This document shows, piece by piece, positions 1 through 10,223 of a stretch of DNA of 64,000 nucleotides. The position numbers and the translations under genes are program-made. A model generated the notes under the pieces. It did no database searches. It saw nothing but the letters and a program-made list of their open reading frames with translations, and was not told where the DNA came from. The DNA comes from an uncultured Bdellovibrio sp. (GTDB lineage: Bacteria > Bdellovibrionota > Bdellovibrionia > Bdellovibrionales > Bdellovibrionaceae), in NCBI GenBank assembly GCA_963932905.1, contig CAWVRN010000002.1, positions 280,779 to 344,778 of the forward strand, given 5' to 3'. Numbering within the stretch: the stretch's first letter is position 1; each line of letters begins with the position of its first letter.

Positions 1-193
1 CAAAATTTCCACATCTGGTTTTGCATTTAATATGAACTATGTCCTTAGATTGAAAGTTGGGGACGATACAATCGATGTGAAAATGGATGATTGGATGTAT
101 CGAGTGAATGAAAAGCTCGTGATTAACAAAACTAAAATGTCAAAATGGGGCTTTCACCTGGGCGATGTCTCTTTAGTCATCGAGAAAAAATGA
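1..193 (+). CDS. 3' end of a DUF3833-family protein (partial, runs off the window start)
   Basis: Frame from base 2 reads KISTSGFAFNMNYVLRLKVGDDTIDVKMDDWMYRVNEKLVINKTKMSKWGFHLGDVSLVIEKK*. The DDWMY...N...MSKWG...G.V pattern is typical of DUF3833. The stop at 191-193 overlaps the next ATG. Not in the ORF track. Confidence 0.7.
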   Translation, partial: KISTSGFAFNMNYVLRLKVGDDTIDVKMDDWMYRVNEKLVINKTKMSKWGFHLGDVSLVIEKK

Positions 194-897
194 AATTTGT
201 AGTTTTTTATTTTTTAATTGTTACTGTTGCGGTAGCTGAAGTGTTGGTGGGCAAAGCAACTAATGATCAGGGTGAATTTGTATACACCGAAGAACATGTT
301 GTAGATCGCGACGACCAAGGTCGCGCCAAACATATTGTCACGACCTATTTCGATCCCAATGGAAGAAAAATTGCACAGATGGACTCGGATTTTGAAGGCA
401 AGCTTTCAGCTCCCAATTCAAAATTCGAAGATTTCAGATTTGATCGAGTGTTTGAAGGGAAACATTTGAAAATTGACAACAAAGACGTTTATCAAATAGC
501 CGAGTTTAACTCCAAGAAAAAGGTAAAAACAACAGATCTTGAATTCAAGACTGATTTGGTTTCGGGGCCAGGATTTGATAACTATATAAAAGAAAATTTA
601 ATTCGCAAAAAGGTCTCCAAAAGTTCAGTGCATTTTTTAGTTTTGCCTCGGCACGACTATTATCGATTTGAAGTTATCGCAAAAGGCACTAGTTCTGATT
701 CAAATCAGGAATATGTGATCAAACCGTCTCTTGTTTTAAGCTTGTTTGTTAAAGAAATCAGAATTTATTATGACGAAAAATCGGGACTTTTAAAACGATA
801 CGTAGGGCTATCTAATCTACCGTCGGCGCTGGATAAACCACAGTCAGTGACGATTGAATACCAAACTAAAGCTTCTCCAAAGTCGGAATCGTTGTGA
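190..897 (+). CDS. Secreted hypothetical protein (signal peptide, beta-rich)
   Basis: ORF 145..897; likely start is ATG 190 (MKFVVFYFLIVTVAVA signal peptide), with an ATGA overlap with the upstream gene. Confidence 0.65.
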   Translation: MKFVVFYFLIVTVAVAEVLVGKATNDQGEFVYTEEHVVDRDDQGRAKHIVTTYFDPNGRKIAQMDSDFEGKLSAPNSKFEDFRFDRVFEGKHLKIDNKDVYQIAEFNSKKKVKTTDLEFKTDLVSGPGFDNYIKENLIRKKVSKSSVHFLVLPRHDYYRFEVIAKGTSSDSNQEYVIKPSLVLSLFVKEIRIYYDEKSGLLKRYVGLSNLPSALDKPQSVTIEYQTKASPKSESL

Positions 898-1406
898 TAT
901 CGAATAGGTTGGTTCGTTTCATTCAGTTTAATCTACTTTGGTTTTTGACGGCTTTTTTGGCGAAAACAGAATATATTAATTTTTTACTTATATTCTTTTT
1001 GGCTCTGCTTTTTTGGGATTTGCGGTTATCCAATACCAAACAAAGACTGATGGCCGTATTTGTGGTGGTAGTTGGTTTAGGATTTGATTTTGTTTGTCAG
1101 CGGCTGGGAGTTATCCGTTTTATTGGTGGTGAAGGCCTTTTTTTACCTAGATGGTTAATTGCACTCTGGATATTGTTTGCATGGGTCGTTCCTTCTTTAA
1201 TTATCCAATTTAAAGACAGACGGATTTTATTGGCTTGTTTGTCATTAGTTTTTGGTCCGCTAAGTTACTATTCAGGAGTTTCTTTTGATATCCTTAACGT
1301 TACCGATGTGTCTTTCTATTGGATTTACGCAATCTTTTGGGGAATTTTTATCTATCTAGTTCATTTTTTAACTCACTCTAAAATCGAGGTTACTAGTGGA
1401 AATTAG
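894..1406 (+). CDS. DUF2878-family membrane protein
   Basis: Multi-TM protein with G...D...G..F, P.WL.ALW..F and GPLSYY.G motifs; neighbours DUF3833 and an SDR, the usual context for this family. Confidence 0.7.
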   Translation: MISNRLVRFIQFNLLWFLTAFLAKTEYINFLLIFFLALLFWDLRLSNTKQRLMAVFVVVVGLGFDFVCQRLGVIRFIGGEGLFLPRWLIALWILFAWVVPSLIIQFKDRRILLACLSLVFGPLSYYSGVSFDILNVTDVSFYWIYAIFWGIFIYLVHFLTHSKIEVTSGN

Positions 1407-2178
1407 AAATAGAAATGTCGTTATTACAGGATCAAGTCGTGGCATTGGCTGGGAATTAGCACGTGCCATCGCGAAAGAAGGGGCCACTCTTCATTTAGTT
1501 CAACGCACTTGGGATAGCAAAAAAATCGATGAGCTCAAAAACTTAGGTGCCGCTAAAGTAGTGACGTGGACCTGCGATCTGACTCAAACCCAAAACATAA
1601 TTGATTTAGGAAAAAATTTAGCCAAAGAGAATATTGATATTTTAGTTAACAATGCGGGAATATTAACAGGTGAGTTGTTAGAGAAACAATCTGATAACGA
1701 GATCGTAGACGTTTTTCAGCTTAATCTAGTGGCTTCAGCTTTGCTGATTAAAGCCGTGCTGCCTTCGATGATCAATCGGCGTAGTGGAAAAATAGTAAAT
1801 AACACCAGCGTATCGGCTTACATGCGTTTTCCATGCGCTACGACATATGCTGCGGCGAAAAGTGGATTGCTGGCTTTGACAGAATGCTTGGAAACAGAAT
1901 TGACGGGTACGGGAGTAAACACATTATCACTGGTTACCCCGGGAATTAAGACCGACATGTTTGACCAAATTAAAACTTCTTATGGGAAATATTTTGATTC
2001 GCCTTCAGACTATATAACGGCTGAGGCCTACGCTCAGCAAATTGTCGGTGCGATTAAAAAAGATAAAGCTTATTTAATGCCTTCGGGAGCAACTCGATTT
2101 GGATTGTTTATGACCAAATACACGCCAGGGATTTTCAAGAAATTTGTGATAGGAAATTTTAATAGGAATCAAAAATAA
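1396..2178 (+). CDS. Short-chain dehydrogenase/reductase (SDR)
   Basis: TGSSRGIG Rossmann motif, NNAG, catalytic YAAAK. Confidence 0.9.
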   Translation: MEIRNRNVVITGSSRGIGWELARAIAKEGATLHLVQRTWDSKKIDELKNLGAAKVVTWTCDLTQTQNIIDLGKNLAKENIDILVNNAGILTGELLEKQSDNEIVDVFQLNLVASALLIKAVLPSMINRRSGKIVNNTSVSAYMRFPCATTYAAAKSGLLALTECLETELTGTGVNTLSLVTPGIKTDMFDQIKTSYGKYFDSPSDYITAEAYAQQIVGAIKKDKAYLMPSGATRFGLFMTKYTPGIFKKFVIGNFNRNQK

Positions 2179-2183
2179 GACGA

Positions 2184-2888
2184 CTATAAATGTTTTTCAA
2201 AGTAGTTCTGCAAAAATGTTTTGGCAGCAGCGATATCAGGCTTTTTTAATATCAGAGTTTCTACATTCGTCATGACAGATTGGGAAAAACCGCATGGGTA
2301 CATTCCACGAAATGCCTTCGAGTCTGCAAATAAATTGATCGCAGCGCCATGATAGGTGATCCATTTTTTTACTGCAATTCCCAGTGAAGCCACTTTTTGA
2401 CCATGTACCCAAACTCCTGTTTCTTCAACAGGATGGCCTTTGTAGTCGTGTTGGGGTTTGCGATTTTCAAGATCTAGTGTTTTGCCTTCAGCATTTATAT
2501 CCAACGATTTCAACCATTCAATAATGCCATTTTCTAACTTACGTAAATGTCCAGCCACGTTTTGTTGTTCGTTGGCCGGGCGACTGGCATGTTTTAAATT
2601 GATGATGGGATAGATCACCAACTGCGAAGGTCCGTGGTAGGTAGCGCGGCCACCTCGACTAATTTCGGCGATGGGGCCATCCCAAGAAAATACGTCGCCA
2701 TCTTCGGTCGATCGCCCTAACGTTACAATTTCAGGATGAGTGCAAAATACAATTATGCCCGGCAAGTCCATTGAATGCACACGTTCAACCAATTCAAGTT
2801 GTCGCGTGTTAGATTCAAAATAATCAATCAAACCCCAATCTTGTATTTCCATCTTTGTTTGACCAGTTTTGTCTTGATTCATTTGCAT
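2184..2888 (-). CDS. lipB: Lipoyl(octanoyl) transferase LipB
   Basis: RGGRATYHGPSQLVIYPI, KVASLG, HGAAIN and PCG motifs; located in a lipoate cluster. Confidence 0.92.
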   Translation of the reverse strand: MQMNQDKTGQTKMEIQDWGLIDYFESNTRQLELVERVHSMDLPGIIVFCTHPEIVTLGRSTEDGDVFSWDGPIAEISRGGRATYHGPSQLVIYPIINLKHASRPANEQQNVAGHLRKLENGIIEWLKSLDINAEGKTLDLENRKPQHDYKGHPVEETGVWVHGQKVASLGIAVKKWITYHGAAINLFADSKAFRGMYPCGFSQSVMTNVETLILKKPDIAAAKTFLQNYFEKHL

Positions 2889-3043
2889 AAAGCCTTACTT
2901 GAGCCAAAAGTCTTGATTCTCTATGTCTTTTGTTAAATCCGCCGGAACAGCTGCCACTATTTGTCCACAGTTGGATTTAATAGAATAGTCATATCAAGAG
3001 AGTACATTTAAAGCCACTAAACCAACCAATATTTTTTTCATAA

Positions 3044-4486
3044 TTACTTCGTTGCTGTCGGCGCGGGGGCCGGAGTGTGAAGAGGTTTTTGAATAATATG
3101 AATCGCGTGTCCTAATGTCGCTTCTGCCGCTTCCATCATAGTTTCACCTAACGTTGGATGAGGGTGAATAGAAAGAGCTAAATCTTGTAAGCGTGCACCC
3201 ATTTCGATCGCGACAACGGCTTCAGAAATTAAATTTGAAGCTTCAGGGCCTACGATATGAACACCAAGTAGAACATCGTTTTCGGATGCGATCATTTTTA
3301 CGAAACCATCCGTTTCCATCATCGAAACGGCACGACCGTTGGCGCCGAATGGAAATTTTGCGATTTTAAGATTTTTGTAACCTTTAGCGATTGCTTCAGA
3401 TTCTAGCATACCAGCCGACGCGATTTCTGGATCCGTGAATACAACCGCTGGGATTGTTTTCGCGTCGAAGGCACGTGGCGCGCCTTTGATGATTTCGGCC
3501 ACCATAACGCCTTCGTGAGACGCTTTGTGGGCTAACATCGGCTGACCACATAAATCGCCGATTGCGAAAATAGTTTTAACATTTGTTCTGCGTTGAGCAT
3601 CTACTTTTACGAAACCGCGATCATCAATCTGAATACCGAGTTTTTTCAATGTCGGTTGATCGCCATTGGGACGGCGGCCTACAGTCACTAAAATCTTATC
3701 CGCTTTCAGAGTTTCTGTTTTGCCGTTCAGTTCATACGTAACTTCGTATTCGTTGCCAGTTTTCTTTTGTGACTTAGCTTTTGCCTGGTGAATCACTTTC
3801 ACGCCCGATTTTTTCAATTTGCGAGCTACTACTTGTGAACAATCTGGATCCGCAACGCCAGCTAGTAGTGAATCTGCCGCTTCAAGGATAGTCACGTCTG
3901 TGCCTAGTTTCTTCATGTATGAAGAAATCTCAAGCCCGATATAACCCCCACCGATAGTCACCATGCGTTTTGGAATCGCATCTAAATCTAAAGCGCCAGT
4001 TGATGACACGATATTTTTTTCATCGAATTCAAAACCAGGAATTTGTATTGGGCGTGAGCCTAATGCCAGGATGATGTACTGAGTTTGCAGAGTTTCTTTA
4101 CCTTTACTGGATTGTACTTCGATCTGTGTCTGCGACACAAACTCAGCGGTTCCATTGAAAATAGTAACTTTGTTACCTTTCAATAATTGATTCACGCCGC
4201 CGCTCATTTTATCGCAAACAGATTGTTTCCATGCGACCATTTTTTTAAAGTCTATCTTAGGTTTAGAAACTTCGATCCCCATTTCTGGAAAACCGTGTTC
4301 GACTTTATCTAACCAGTGGGCTGCCGTGATCATCGCTTTAGACGGGATACAACCTACGTTCAAACAAACGCCACCCAGTTTTTCTCGTTCGACGATCGCC
4401 GTGTTTAAACCCAGCTGCGCACATTTAATCGCTGCTACGTAACCACCAGGACCGCTACCAACTACTACTACATCAAATTTTTGCAT
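3044..4486 (-). CDS. lpdA: Dihydrolipoyl dehydrogenase (E3)
   Basis: GSGPGG FAD motif, redox CLNVGC, GGGYIG, HPHPTLGE. Confidence 0.96.
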   Translation of the reverse strand: MQKFDVVVVGSGPGGYVAAIKCAQLGLNTAIVEREKLGGVCLNVGCIPSKAMITAAHWLDKVEHGFPEMGIEVSKPKIDFKKMVAWKQSVCDKMSGGVNQLLKGNKVTIFNGTAEFVSQTQIEVQSSKGKETLQTQYIILALGSRPIQIPGFEFDEKNIVSSTGALDLDAIPKRMVTIGGGYIGLEISSYMKKLGTDVTILEAADSLLAGVADPDCSQVVARKLKKSGVKVIHQAKAKSQKKTGNEYEVTYELNGKTETLKADKILVTVGRRPNGDQPTLKKLGIQIDDRGFVKVDAQRRTNVKTIFAIGDLCGQPMLAHKASHEGVMVAEIIKGAPRAFDAKTIPAVVFTDPEIASAGMLESEAIAKGYKNLKIAKFPFGANGRAVSMMETDGFVKMIASENDVLLGVHIVGPEASNLISEAVVAIEMGARLQDLALSIHPHPTLGETMMEAAEATLGHAIHIIQKPLHTPAPAPTATK

Positions 4487-4504
4487 AATAATTCCTTTAT
4501 AGTC

Positions 4505-6166
4505 CTAGTGCATATCCAGCATTAACAAAGCCGGTTTTTGAATGCGACCCAAGAACGCTTTCAAGAAACGAGCGGCTAATGCGCCATCGATTAAGCGGTG
4601 ATCTGCAGTGATTGTGAAGTTCATATATTTCTTGCTGATGACTTTGCCTTCAGCTGTAAGTTCTAAGCGATCTTGGATTTTGTACATGCCAAGGATAGCC
4701 ACTTCAGGATGATTAATGATCGGAGTCGCATACGTACCACCCACAGAACCGATGTTTGTGATAGTGATGGTTGCACCCTTCATTTCATCTGGTTTCAATT
4801 TACCGTCACGTGCACGTTTAGAAAGATCAATGATTTCTTTAGAGATATCTAAGATCGACTTGTTATCCGCTTGTTTCACAACGGGAACTAGTAACCCATT
4901 CGGAGTGTCCGCAGCGAAACCTAAATTAAAGTACTTCTTGTAAACGATTTCTTGCGCGTTATCGTCAATAGATGCATTGAACGCTGGGAATTCACGGATT
5001 GTTGCGATTAGCGCTTTCATCACGAACGGTAAGTAGGTCACTTTCGTTCCCGCTTTTTCAGCGATATCTTTCATGGATTCACGGAAGTGAACTAGTTCCG
5101 TTACATCCACCTCGTCCATCAACGTAAAGTGAGGGATAATGTGTTTTGCCATTTGCAAGTTTTCAGCGATTTTTTTACGAATACCTTTTAATGGAACGCG
5201 TTCTTCAGCCGTAGCCATCGTTGACGAGTAACCTGGTTTAGGGAACGAGATTGATCCATTGCTAGTTGATGTTGCCGGAGCTTTCGCGCCGATTGAAACA
5301 GAATCCAATTGTTTTAAAATATCTTCACGGGTCACGCGGCCTGCTAGACCTGTTCCTGTCACACCGTTGATGTCGACTTGCATTTCACGCGCTAAACGAC
5401 GAGTTGAAGGAGTTGCTAAAACTTTTGAATCCATTACCGGCGGATAGAAAGACGTGCTTGCTGAAGCGCCGTTTGTAGCTGCGGCCATCGTTGCCTGAGC
5501 GTGTGGCAGGGGAGCTTTCTGAGTTTGAGCAGGAGCCGAGTGCGTAGTTGCCGAAGCTAATGCTGCTTGAGTTCCACCAGATGTAGTGAGTGTTAATAGA
5601 ACAGATTCTACTTTCACAACGTCACCAGCTTTGAATTTTAGGTCTTTAACTGTTCCACCTTTGGTTGTTGGAACTTCAACAGTCGCTTTATCAGTCATAA
5701 TTTCAGCAACGGATTGATCTGGCTTAACAGCGTCGCCTGTTTTTACTAACCATTTGATGAGTTCCCCTTCAGTAACGCCTTCACCTAGTTCAGGAAGTTT
5801 TAATTCATACGTTCCACCGCCAGTAGCGGCACCCGCAGATACAGTCGTCGTTGGAGGATTGAATGCGTGGCCATTAGTTTGTGCAGGCGCTGCCGTTGTT
5901 GTAGCCGCTGCTTTTGCAGCATTTGCACCTGATTCTTCTAAAGTAAGGATCGTAGATTCAACTTTGATTACCTCACCAGCTTTGAATTTTAATTCTTTCA
6001 CAACGCCGGCGCGTGTAGTGGGAACTTCTACAGTGGCTTTATCAGTCATGATTTCGGCAACTGATTGGTCTGCTTTCACTGAATCGCCTGGCTTCACCAA
6101 CCACTTGATTAATTCACCTTCCGTTACACCTTCTCCTAGTTCCGGTAACTTTAAGTCAAATGCCAT
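4505..6166 (-). CDS. 2-oxoacid dehydrogenase E2 (dihydrolipoamide acyltransferase) with two lipoyl domains
   Basis: Two TDKATVEVP lipoyl domains, E3-binding GTGLAGRVTREDI, catalytic DHRLIDG. Confidence 0.93.
   Translation of the reverse strand: MAFDLKLPELGEGVTEGELIKWLVKPGDSVKADQSVAEIMTDKATVEVPTTRAGVVKELKFKAGEVIKVESTILTLEESGANAAKAAATTTAAPAQTNGHAFNPPTTTVSAGAATGGGTYELKLPELGEGVTEGELIKWLVKTGDAVKPDQSVAEIMTDKATVEVPTTKGGTVKDLKFKAGDVVKVESVLLTLTTSGGTQAALASATTHSAPAQTQKAPLPHAQATMAAATNGASASTSFYPPVMDSKVLATPSTRRLAREMQVDINGVTGTGLAGRVTREDILKQLDSVSIGAKAPATSTSNGSISFPKPGYSSTMATAEERVPLKGIRKKIAENLQMAKHIIPHFTLMDEVDVTELVHFRESMKDIAEKAGTKVTYLPFVMKALIATIREFPAFNASIDDNAQEIVYKKYFNLGFAADTPNGLLVPVVKQADNKSILDISKEIIDLSKRARDGKLKPDEMKGATITITNIGSVGGTYATPIINHPEVAILGMYKIQDRLELTAEGKVISKKYMNFTITADHRLIDGALAARFLKAFLGRIQKPALLMLDMH
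5580..6160 (-). repeat. Intragenic duplication encoding tandem lipoyl domains
   Basis: LKLPELGEGVTEGELIKWLVK...DQSVAEIMTDKATVEVPTT...LKFKAG occurs twice, separated by an Ala/Thr linker; boundaries approximate. Confidence 0.85.
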
Positions 6167-6197
6167 GTACTCTCCTTCCTTGTACTATAAATTTTTA

Positions 6198-7115
6198 CTA
6201 AATTGATTTTTCTAATTTTAAATTTTCTTGATTTGCTTGTTTGTTCTTGCGAATCACGCCTTCTAAGAAAAATTCACCTGCGCGATAAGAACTGCGAACC
6301 AAAGGACCAGACGCAACGTATAGGAAGCCCATGCTTTCGGCGACGTCTTGCCAGTATTTGAATTTCTCTGGAGTAATGAATTCAATTACTTTCAAGTGAC
6401 GTTCGGTCGGTTGCAAGTACTGACCAAATGTAATCACATCACAGCCTACCGCGCGCAAATCGCGAAGCGTTTCCATGATTTCGTCATCTGTCTCGCCAAG
6501 GCCAAGCATCAAAGACGATTTTGTGTACATATTCGGTTTGTGTTCTTTTACTGTTTTTAAGACTCCCATCGTTTGATCATAACCCGCACGTGGGTCGCGA
6601 ACTGATGACGTTAAACGACGAACCGTTTCGATATTTTGAGCAAACACATCGGGTTCGCTGTCAGCCAGTTGCTGGATTAATTCTTTATTGCCACGGAAAT
6701 CAGGAGTCAGGATTTCTACGATTAAATCTGGTTGCAATTTTTTGATAGTAGAAACTGTGCGTGCAAAATGGGAAGACCCTTGGTCTTCAAGGTCATCGCG
6801 ATCAACGCTGGTGATGACGACGTATTTCAAATCCATTTGAGAAATTGAGTACGCCACCTTTTCTGGTTCGAAAGGATCAATAGCGCCTTTTGGATTTCCT
6901 GTTTTCACGTTACAGAAACGACAACCACGCGTGCACACTTCACCCATTAACATAAATGTTGCCGTACCACCGCTCCAACATTCGCCCATGTTGGGGCACT
7001 TGGCTTCTTGGCAGACAGTGGCTAATTTTAATTCGCCTAAAAGGTCTTTAATTCGAGTGTAATTTTCACCGCTCGGAGCTTTCACTTTGAGCCATGACGG
7101 TTTTGGTGCGCGCAT
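6198..7115 (-). CDS. lipA: Lipoyl synthase LipA
   Basis: [12 protein letters not shown] auxiliary cluster motif, CTRGCRFC radical-SAM motif, RSSY. Confidence 0.96.
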   Translation of the reverse strand: MRAPKPSWLKVKAPSGENYTRIKDLLGELKLATVCQEAKCPNMGECWSGGTATFMLMGEVCTRGCRFCNVKTGNPKGAIDPFEPEKVAYSISQMDLKYVVITSVDRDDLEDQGSSHFARTVSTIKKLQPDLIVEILTPDFRGNKELIQQLADSEPDVFAQNIETVRRLTSSVRDPRAGYDQTMGVLKTVKEHKPNMYTKSSLMLGLGETDDEIMETLRDLRAVGCDVITFGQYLQPTERHLKVIEFITPEKFKYWQDVAESMGFLYVASGPLVRSSYRAGEFFLEGVIRKNKQANQENLKLEKSI

Positions 7116-7270
7116 GCTTCCATTTCCTTTTTTTTAAGAAAACTAGGTATTTACTCTAGTTAGTAGAGTATGTAGCTTAATGCACTTCATTCGGCAATGC
7201 GACGGAAAAATATTTTGTAAAATTTGTTAAAAAAGCATTTAACCAAAGAGCGAAATAAAAGGGCGGAGAC

Positions 7271-7966
7271 ATGAAATTAGAGCTAAAAATGAAAAAGGGA
7301 ATGCTTAAAAAACGCTATAAGCGTTTCTTTGCAGATATTTTTTATGAAAATCAACTAGTTACGGCGCATGTTCCGAACACAGGAAGCCTAAAATCCTGCC
7401 TATTTGACGATCAAGATTGTTATTTTACCGAAAGTGACGATCCGAATCGCAAGTTAAAATACACTCTGGAAATTGTTTCAACCCCGACCGGATTTGTGGG
7501 AGTTAACACAAGGACTCCCAACGACATGATGAAGGACGCCGTCAAAGCGGGCTGGTTAGACCATTGGAAGGAATACCCAGAGGTAAAACCTGAGTTTAAA
7601 TTAAATGCAGAAACGCGCCTAGATTTTAGAATCAGCAACGGAGATAAACACCATTTTATCGAAGTCAAAAATGTAACGTTAAAAAATGGTACGTCAGCCG
7701 AATTCCCTGACGCTGAAACGACTCGTGGGCAAAAACATTTAAAAGAATTGATGCAGTTAAGAGAACAGGGGAATGGTGCCGAGATTGTGTTCTTTATTCA
7801 ACGAAGTGATGTCGATAGTTTTAAACCGGCTAAAGACATAGATCCTGAATACGCGCGATTGTTAAAACAAGCTGACGAGGTCGGTGTGCGTATTACGCCA
7901 ATCGTGTGTGATGTGACTTCGTCGTCGATTTCACTGACTAACAGAGTACTGCCGATCCAATGGTAA
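7271..7966 (+). CDS. sfsA: DNA/RNA nuclease SfsA (sugar fermentation stimulation protein)
   Basis: KRYKRF, AHVPNTG, EVKNVT, FPDA.T.RGQKHL.EL motifs. Confidence 0.93.
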   Translation: MKLELKMKKGMLKKRYKRFFADIFYENQLVTAHVPNTGSLKSCLFDDQDCYFTESDDPNRKLKYTLEIVSTPTGFVGVNTRTPNDMMKDAVKAGWLDHWKEYPEVKPEFKLNAETRLDFRISNGDKHHFIEVKNVTLKNGTSAEFPDAETTRGQKHLKELMQLREQGNGAEIVFFIQRSDVDSFKPAKDIDPEYARLLKQADEVGVRITPIVCDVTSSSISLTNRVLPIQW

Positions 7967-8967
7967 AATCATTTTTTGTAATTTTAGTTTTCAGTGCGTC
8001 TCTCTGTGCGACAGAGCATTTTTTCAATTACAGCGACATCACCTCGCCGGGAGAGATCACAAAATTTCCGGCTAACTTTGGGTCATTTCGTCAAGGCATG
8101 AGTTTCTCCGGTTCACTGAACGCCTTGAGCCGAATGTCTTACAAGCCGAACATGGCGGAATATAGAACAGATCGATCACCTGTAGCGATTGAGCCAAGAG
8201 TGCTATCATCTGGACTTGGGCAAAGCTGGGGTGGTTGGGGTTTTGTGATTGCCAATGATGTCGAGAAAATAAAATTACAATCCGATGAGTTGGAAAGCAC
8301 TGAAGATTTGCGATCGATCCAAGTGCACTTGGGATCGGGGTTAAAACTATCAAAAATGTGGAATATCGGTTGGAGCTTGACGTTGAACAATGATCAGAAA
8401 CTAAAAACCGAATTGATCACTAATTCTGCAGATAGCGATAGGCCACTCAGATTTGTGGAAAGTCAGAAAGAAGCGTATTCCACTCAAATTGGATTTGGTT
8501 TCTTGATGGAATCCGAGTCTATCATTATGGGAACTCACTTGAAAACTCCCAAAGTTCTGGTTTCTCAAAACGGCAAATTGAAATCTAGATACTTTTCTGT
8601 ATCACAAAATAAAGTTGTCAAAGACGATGCGGAACAAAACTATAATTTAACTTCAAATTTTGAATTCGATTTTGGTGTGAAATTTGGAACGAAAGGGTTC
8701 TCTTATTCGGTTTCGGATACATACTTTTTCGAAGGGACTCACGCTTTAAAGGCGGGATTTGAATACATAGGGTCCTGGGGGCGAGTTTCTACAGGATTCA
8801 GTCGCCATCAGCAGGTTCAGGGAAGTGAGTTTCAGTGGTCAGTTGGATTCTGTCGTTCAGAAAAAGATTTCGAATGGGGGGTTGGCCCGTTCTATCGATC
8901 ATTTCAGGACACGGCGGTCGATCGCAATGAGGTTGGGGTACTTTACTCGTCTCAGATTAATTATTAA
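7960..8967 (+). CDS. Hypothetical outer-membrane beta-barrel protein
   Basis: Signal peptide, alternating hydrophobic/Gly beta-strand pattern, C-terminal aromatic residue (QINY). Confidence 0.55.
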   Translation: MVKSFFVILVFSASLCATEHFFNYSDITSPGEITKFPANFGSFRQGMSFSGSLNALSRMSYKPNMAEYRTDRSPVAIEPRVLSSGLGQSWGGWGFVIANDVEKIKLQSDELESTEDLRSIQVHLGSGLKLSKMWNIGWSLTLNNDQKLKTELITNSADSDRPLRFVESQKEAYSTQIGFGFLMESESIIMGTHLKTPKVLVSQNGKLKSRYFSVSQNKVVKDDAEQNYNLTSNFEFDFGVKFGTKGFSYSVSDTYFFEGTHALKAGFEYIGSWGRVSTGFSRHQQVQGSEFQWSVGFCRSEKDFEWGVGPFYRSFQDTAVDRNEVGVLYSSQINY

Positions 8968-8968
8968 G

Positions 8969-9525
8969 AACTGGCCCCTTACTTTGCATTTGGAATAGTA
9001 TTTGTTTAAGGCTCATTTATTGCGAGTGAGCCTCTCATGACTAAAATTCACTGTCCCATTTGTTTTAAAAAGCCGATGCGAGCTAAATACTCGAACTCAA
9101 GCGTTAGGAAATCCGGATTCTTCTACAGATCTTCTGATCGCAAATCCGTGCAGCGCTATTATTGCTCTCAGTGCAGGAAGTATTTCTCTTCAGCCACGTT
9201 TGGAGATTGTTTCAAGCAAAAGAAGCGACACCTGAACTCTAAGATAGCCCGTCTTCTTATCTTATGGTCGAAGAAGAGACTCGGCGTATTTTAGGGTATA
9301 ACGTGGGTCAGGGTGAGTTGAAGAAGGTTGGGTTTGACCCGTTGTTTACGATTAACCATACGTGCGCGACTTTAAGAGCTAGGACTTGTAGATTGATCCG
9401 AAGAACTTGGTGCACTACGAAGAAGCCGGAAATGCTTAATTTACATTTGGCGATAGTGTGTCTTCATCATAATTTGAATTTAAAGAAATTAAATCGCCCC
9501 TTAGCTGCAGGCTAAGGGGCCAGTT
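8969..9525. mobile_element. Internally deleted IS1-like element bounded by 13-bp inverted repeats
   Basis: AACTGGCCCCTTA (8969-8981) and TAAGGGGCCAGTT (9513-9525) are exact reverse complements and enclose transposase-like fragments. Confidence 0.6.
9037..9515 (+). pseudogene. Fragmented IS1-like transposase (InsA-like Zn ribbon plus InsB-like C-terminus)
   Basis: ORF 9037..9294 has CPIC...QRYYCSQC.KYF; out-of-frame ORF 9264..9515 has NHTCATLR...RL.RRTWCTTKK..ML..HL. The total is too short to hold a DDE core. Confidence 0.6.
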
Positions 9526-9680
9526 ATTAATTTATAATAAATTACATATATTTATGTATAATAGATAAGTGATATTATATACTTATATTAATAATTTTAT
9601 TAATAATAAAAAATATATTTGACATTTTACTTAGAATAATGCATAAAGTCATAACCAGTAATTTTAACAAAGGAAATTGT

Positions 9681-10223
9681 ATGCAAATTTTTAAGAGTAA
9701 CGACAATAAACCACTATCGACTAAGAACGGTTCTGCTTCGCTTATCTTGATCTTATTAAGTTTCGTAACTTTGGTAACGTCAAGATCCCAGGCCGGAACT
9801 TTTACTATACCGATATTTCAAGATGCACTTACGTGCTCAGATCAATTAGTTACAACTAGCGATTTAAGCTTTGAAAACCTCAATGCTTATTTCTCTATAT
9901 CGAATGGAAGCTTGTATAAATTGGAATTTAAAATAAATCCCATGAGGATTGTGTCAGCAGATCTTATTTACCCTCAAACATTCTCAGGAGCATACGATAC
10001 GGCAAGGGGGCTAACTCTTTATTCATGCTCAAGCCAAAAAACTCACAAAAAATATTTTTTAGCTCATGGAAAAAGAAATATGGGATTGAATATCTACAAG
10101 TATGATTTATTTGTTTTATTGCCAATCACAAAACAAACTCCCTTAGTTGATAGAGTCCAAACACTTGTCGACCTCAGAAAAGGTTCATGGCAGCCCGCAC
10201 TTATGAGCACTTCAAAAAAATAA
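9681..10223 (+). CDS. Hypothetical exported/membrane-anchored protein
   Basis: ORF 9639..10223; AAAGGA SD before ATG 9681; N-terminal hydrophobic segment; AT-rich. Confidence 0.5.
   Translation: MQIFKSNDNKPLSTKNGSASLILILLSFVTLVTSRSQAGTFTIPIFQDALTCSDQLVTTSDLSFENLNAYFSISNGSLYKLEFKINPMRIVSADLIYPQTFSGAYDTARGLTLYSCSSQKTHKKYFLAHGKRNMGLNIYKYDLFVLLPITKQTPLVDRVQTLVDLRKGSWQPALMSTSKK

Noticed and set aside
145..189. N-terminal extension of ORF 145..897
   Set aside because: It overlaps the upstream DUF3833-like frame; the signal peptide starts at ATG 190.
4716..6745. Plus-strand ORFs opposite E2/lipA, and similar short antisense ORFs throughout the window
   Set aside because: Shadow frames fully overlapping well-supported genes.
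8971..8987. Sigma54 promoter CTGGCCCCTTACTTTGC
   Set aside because: GG-to-GC spacing is 11 nt rather than 10, and the sequence is part of the inverted repeat.
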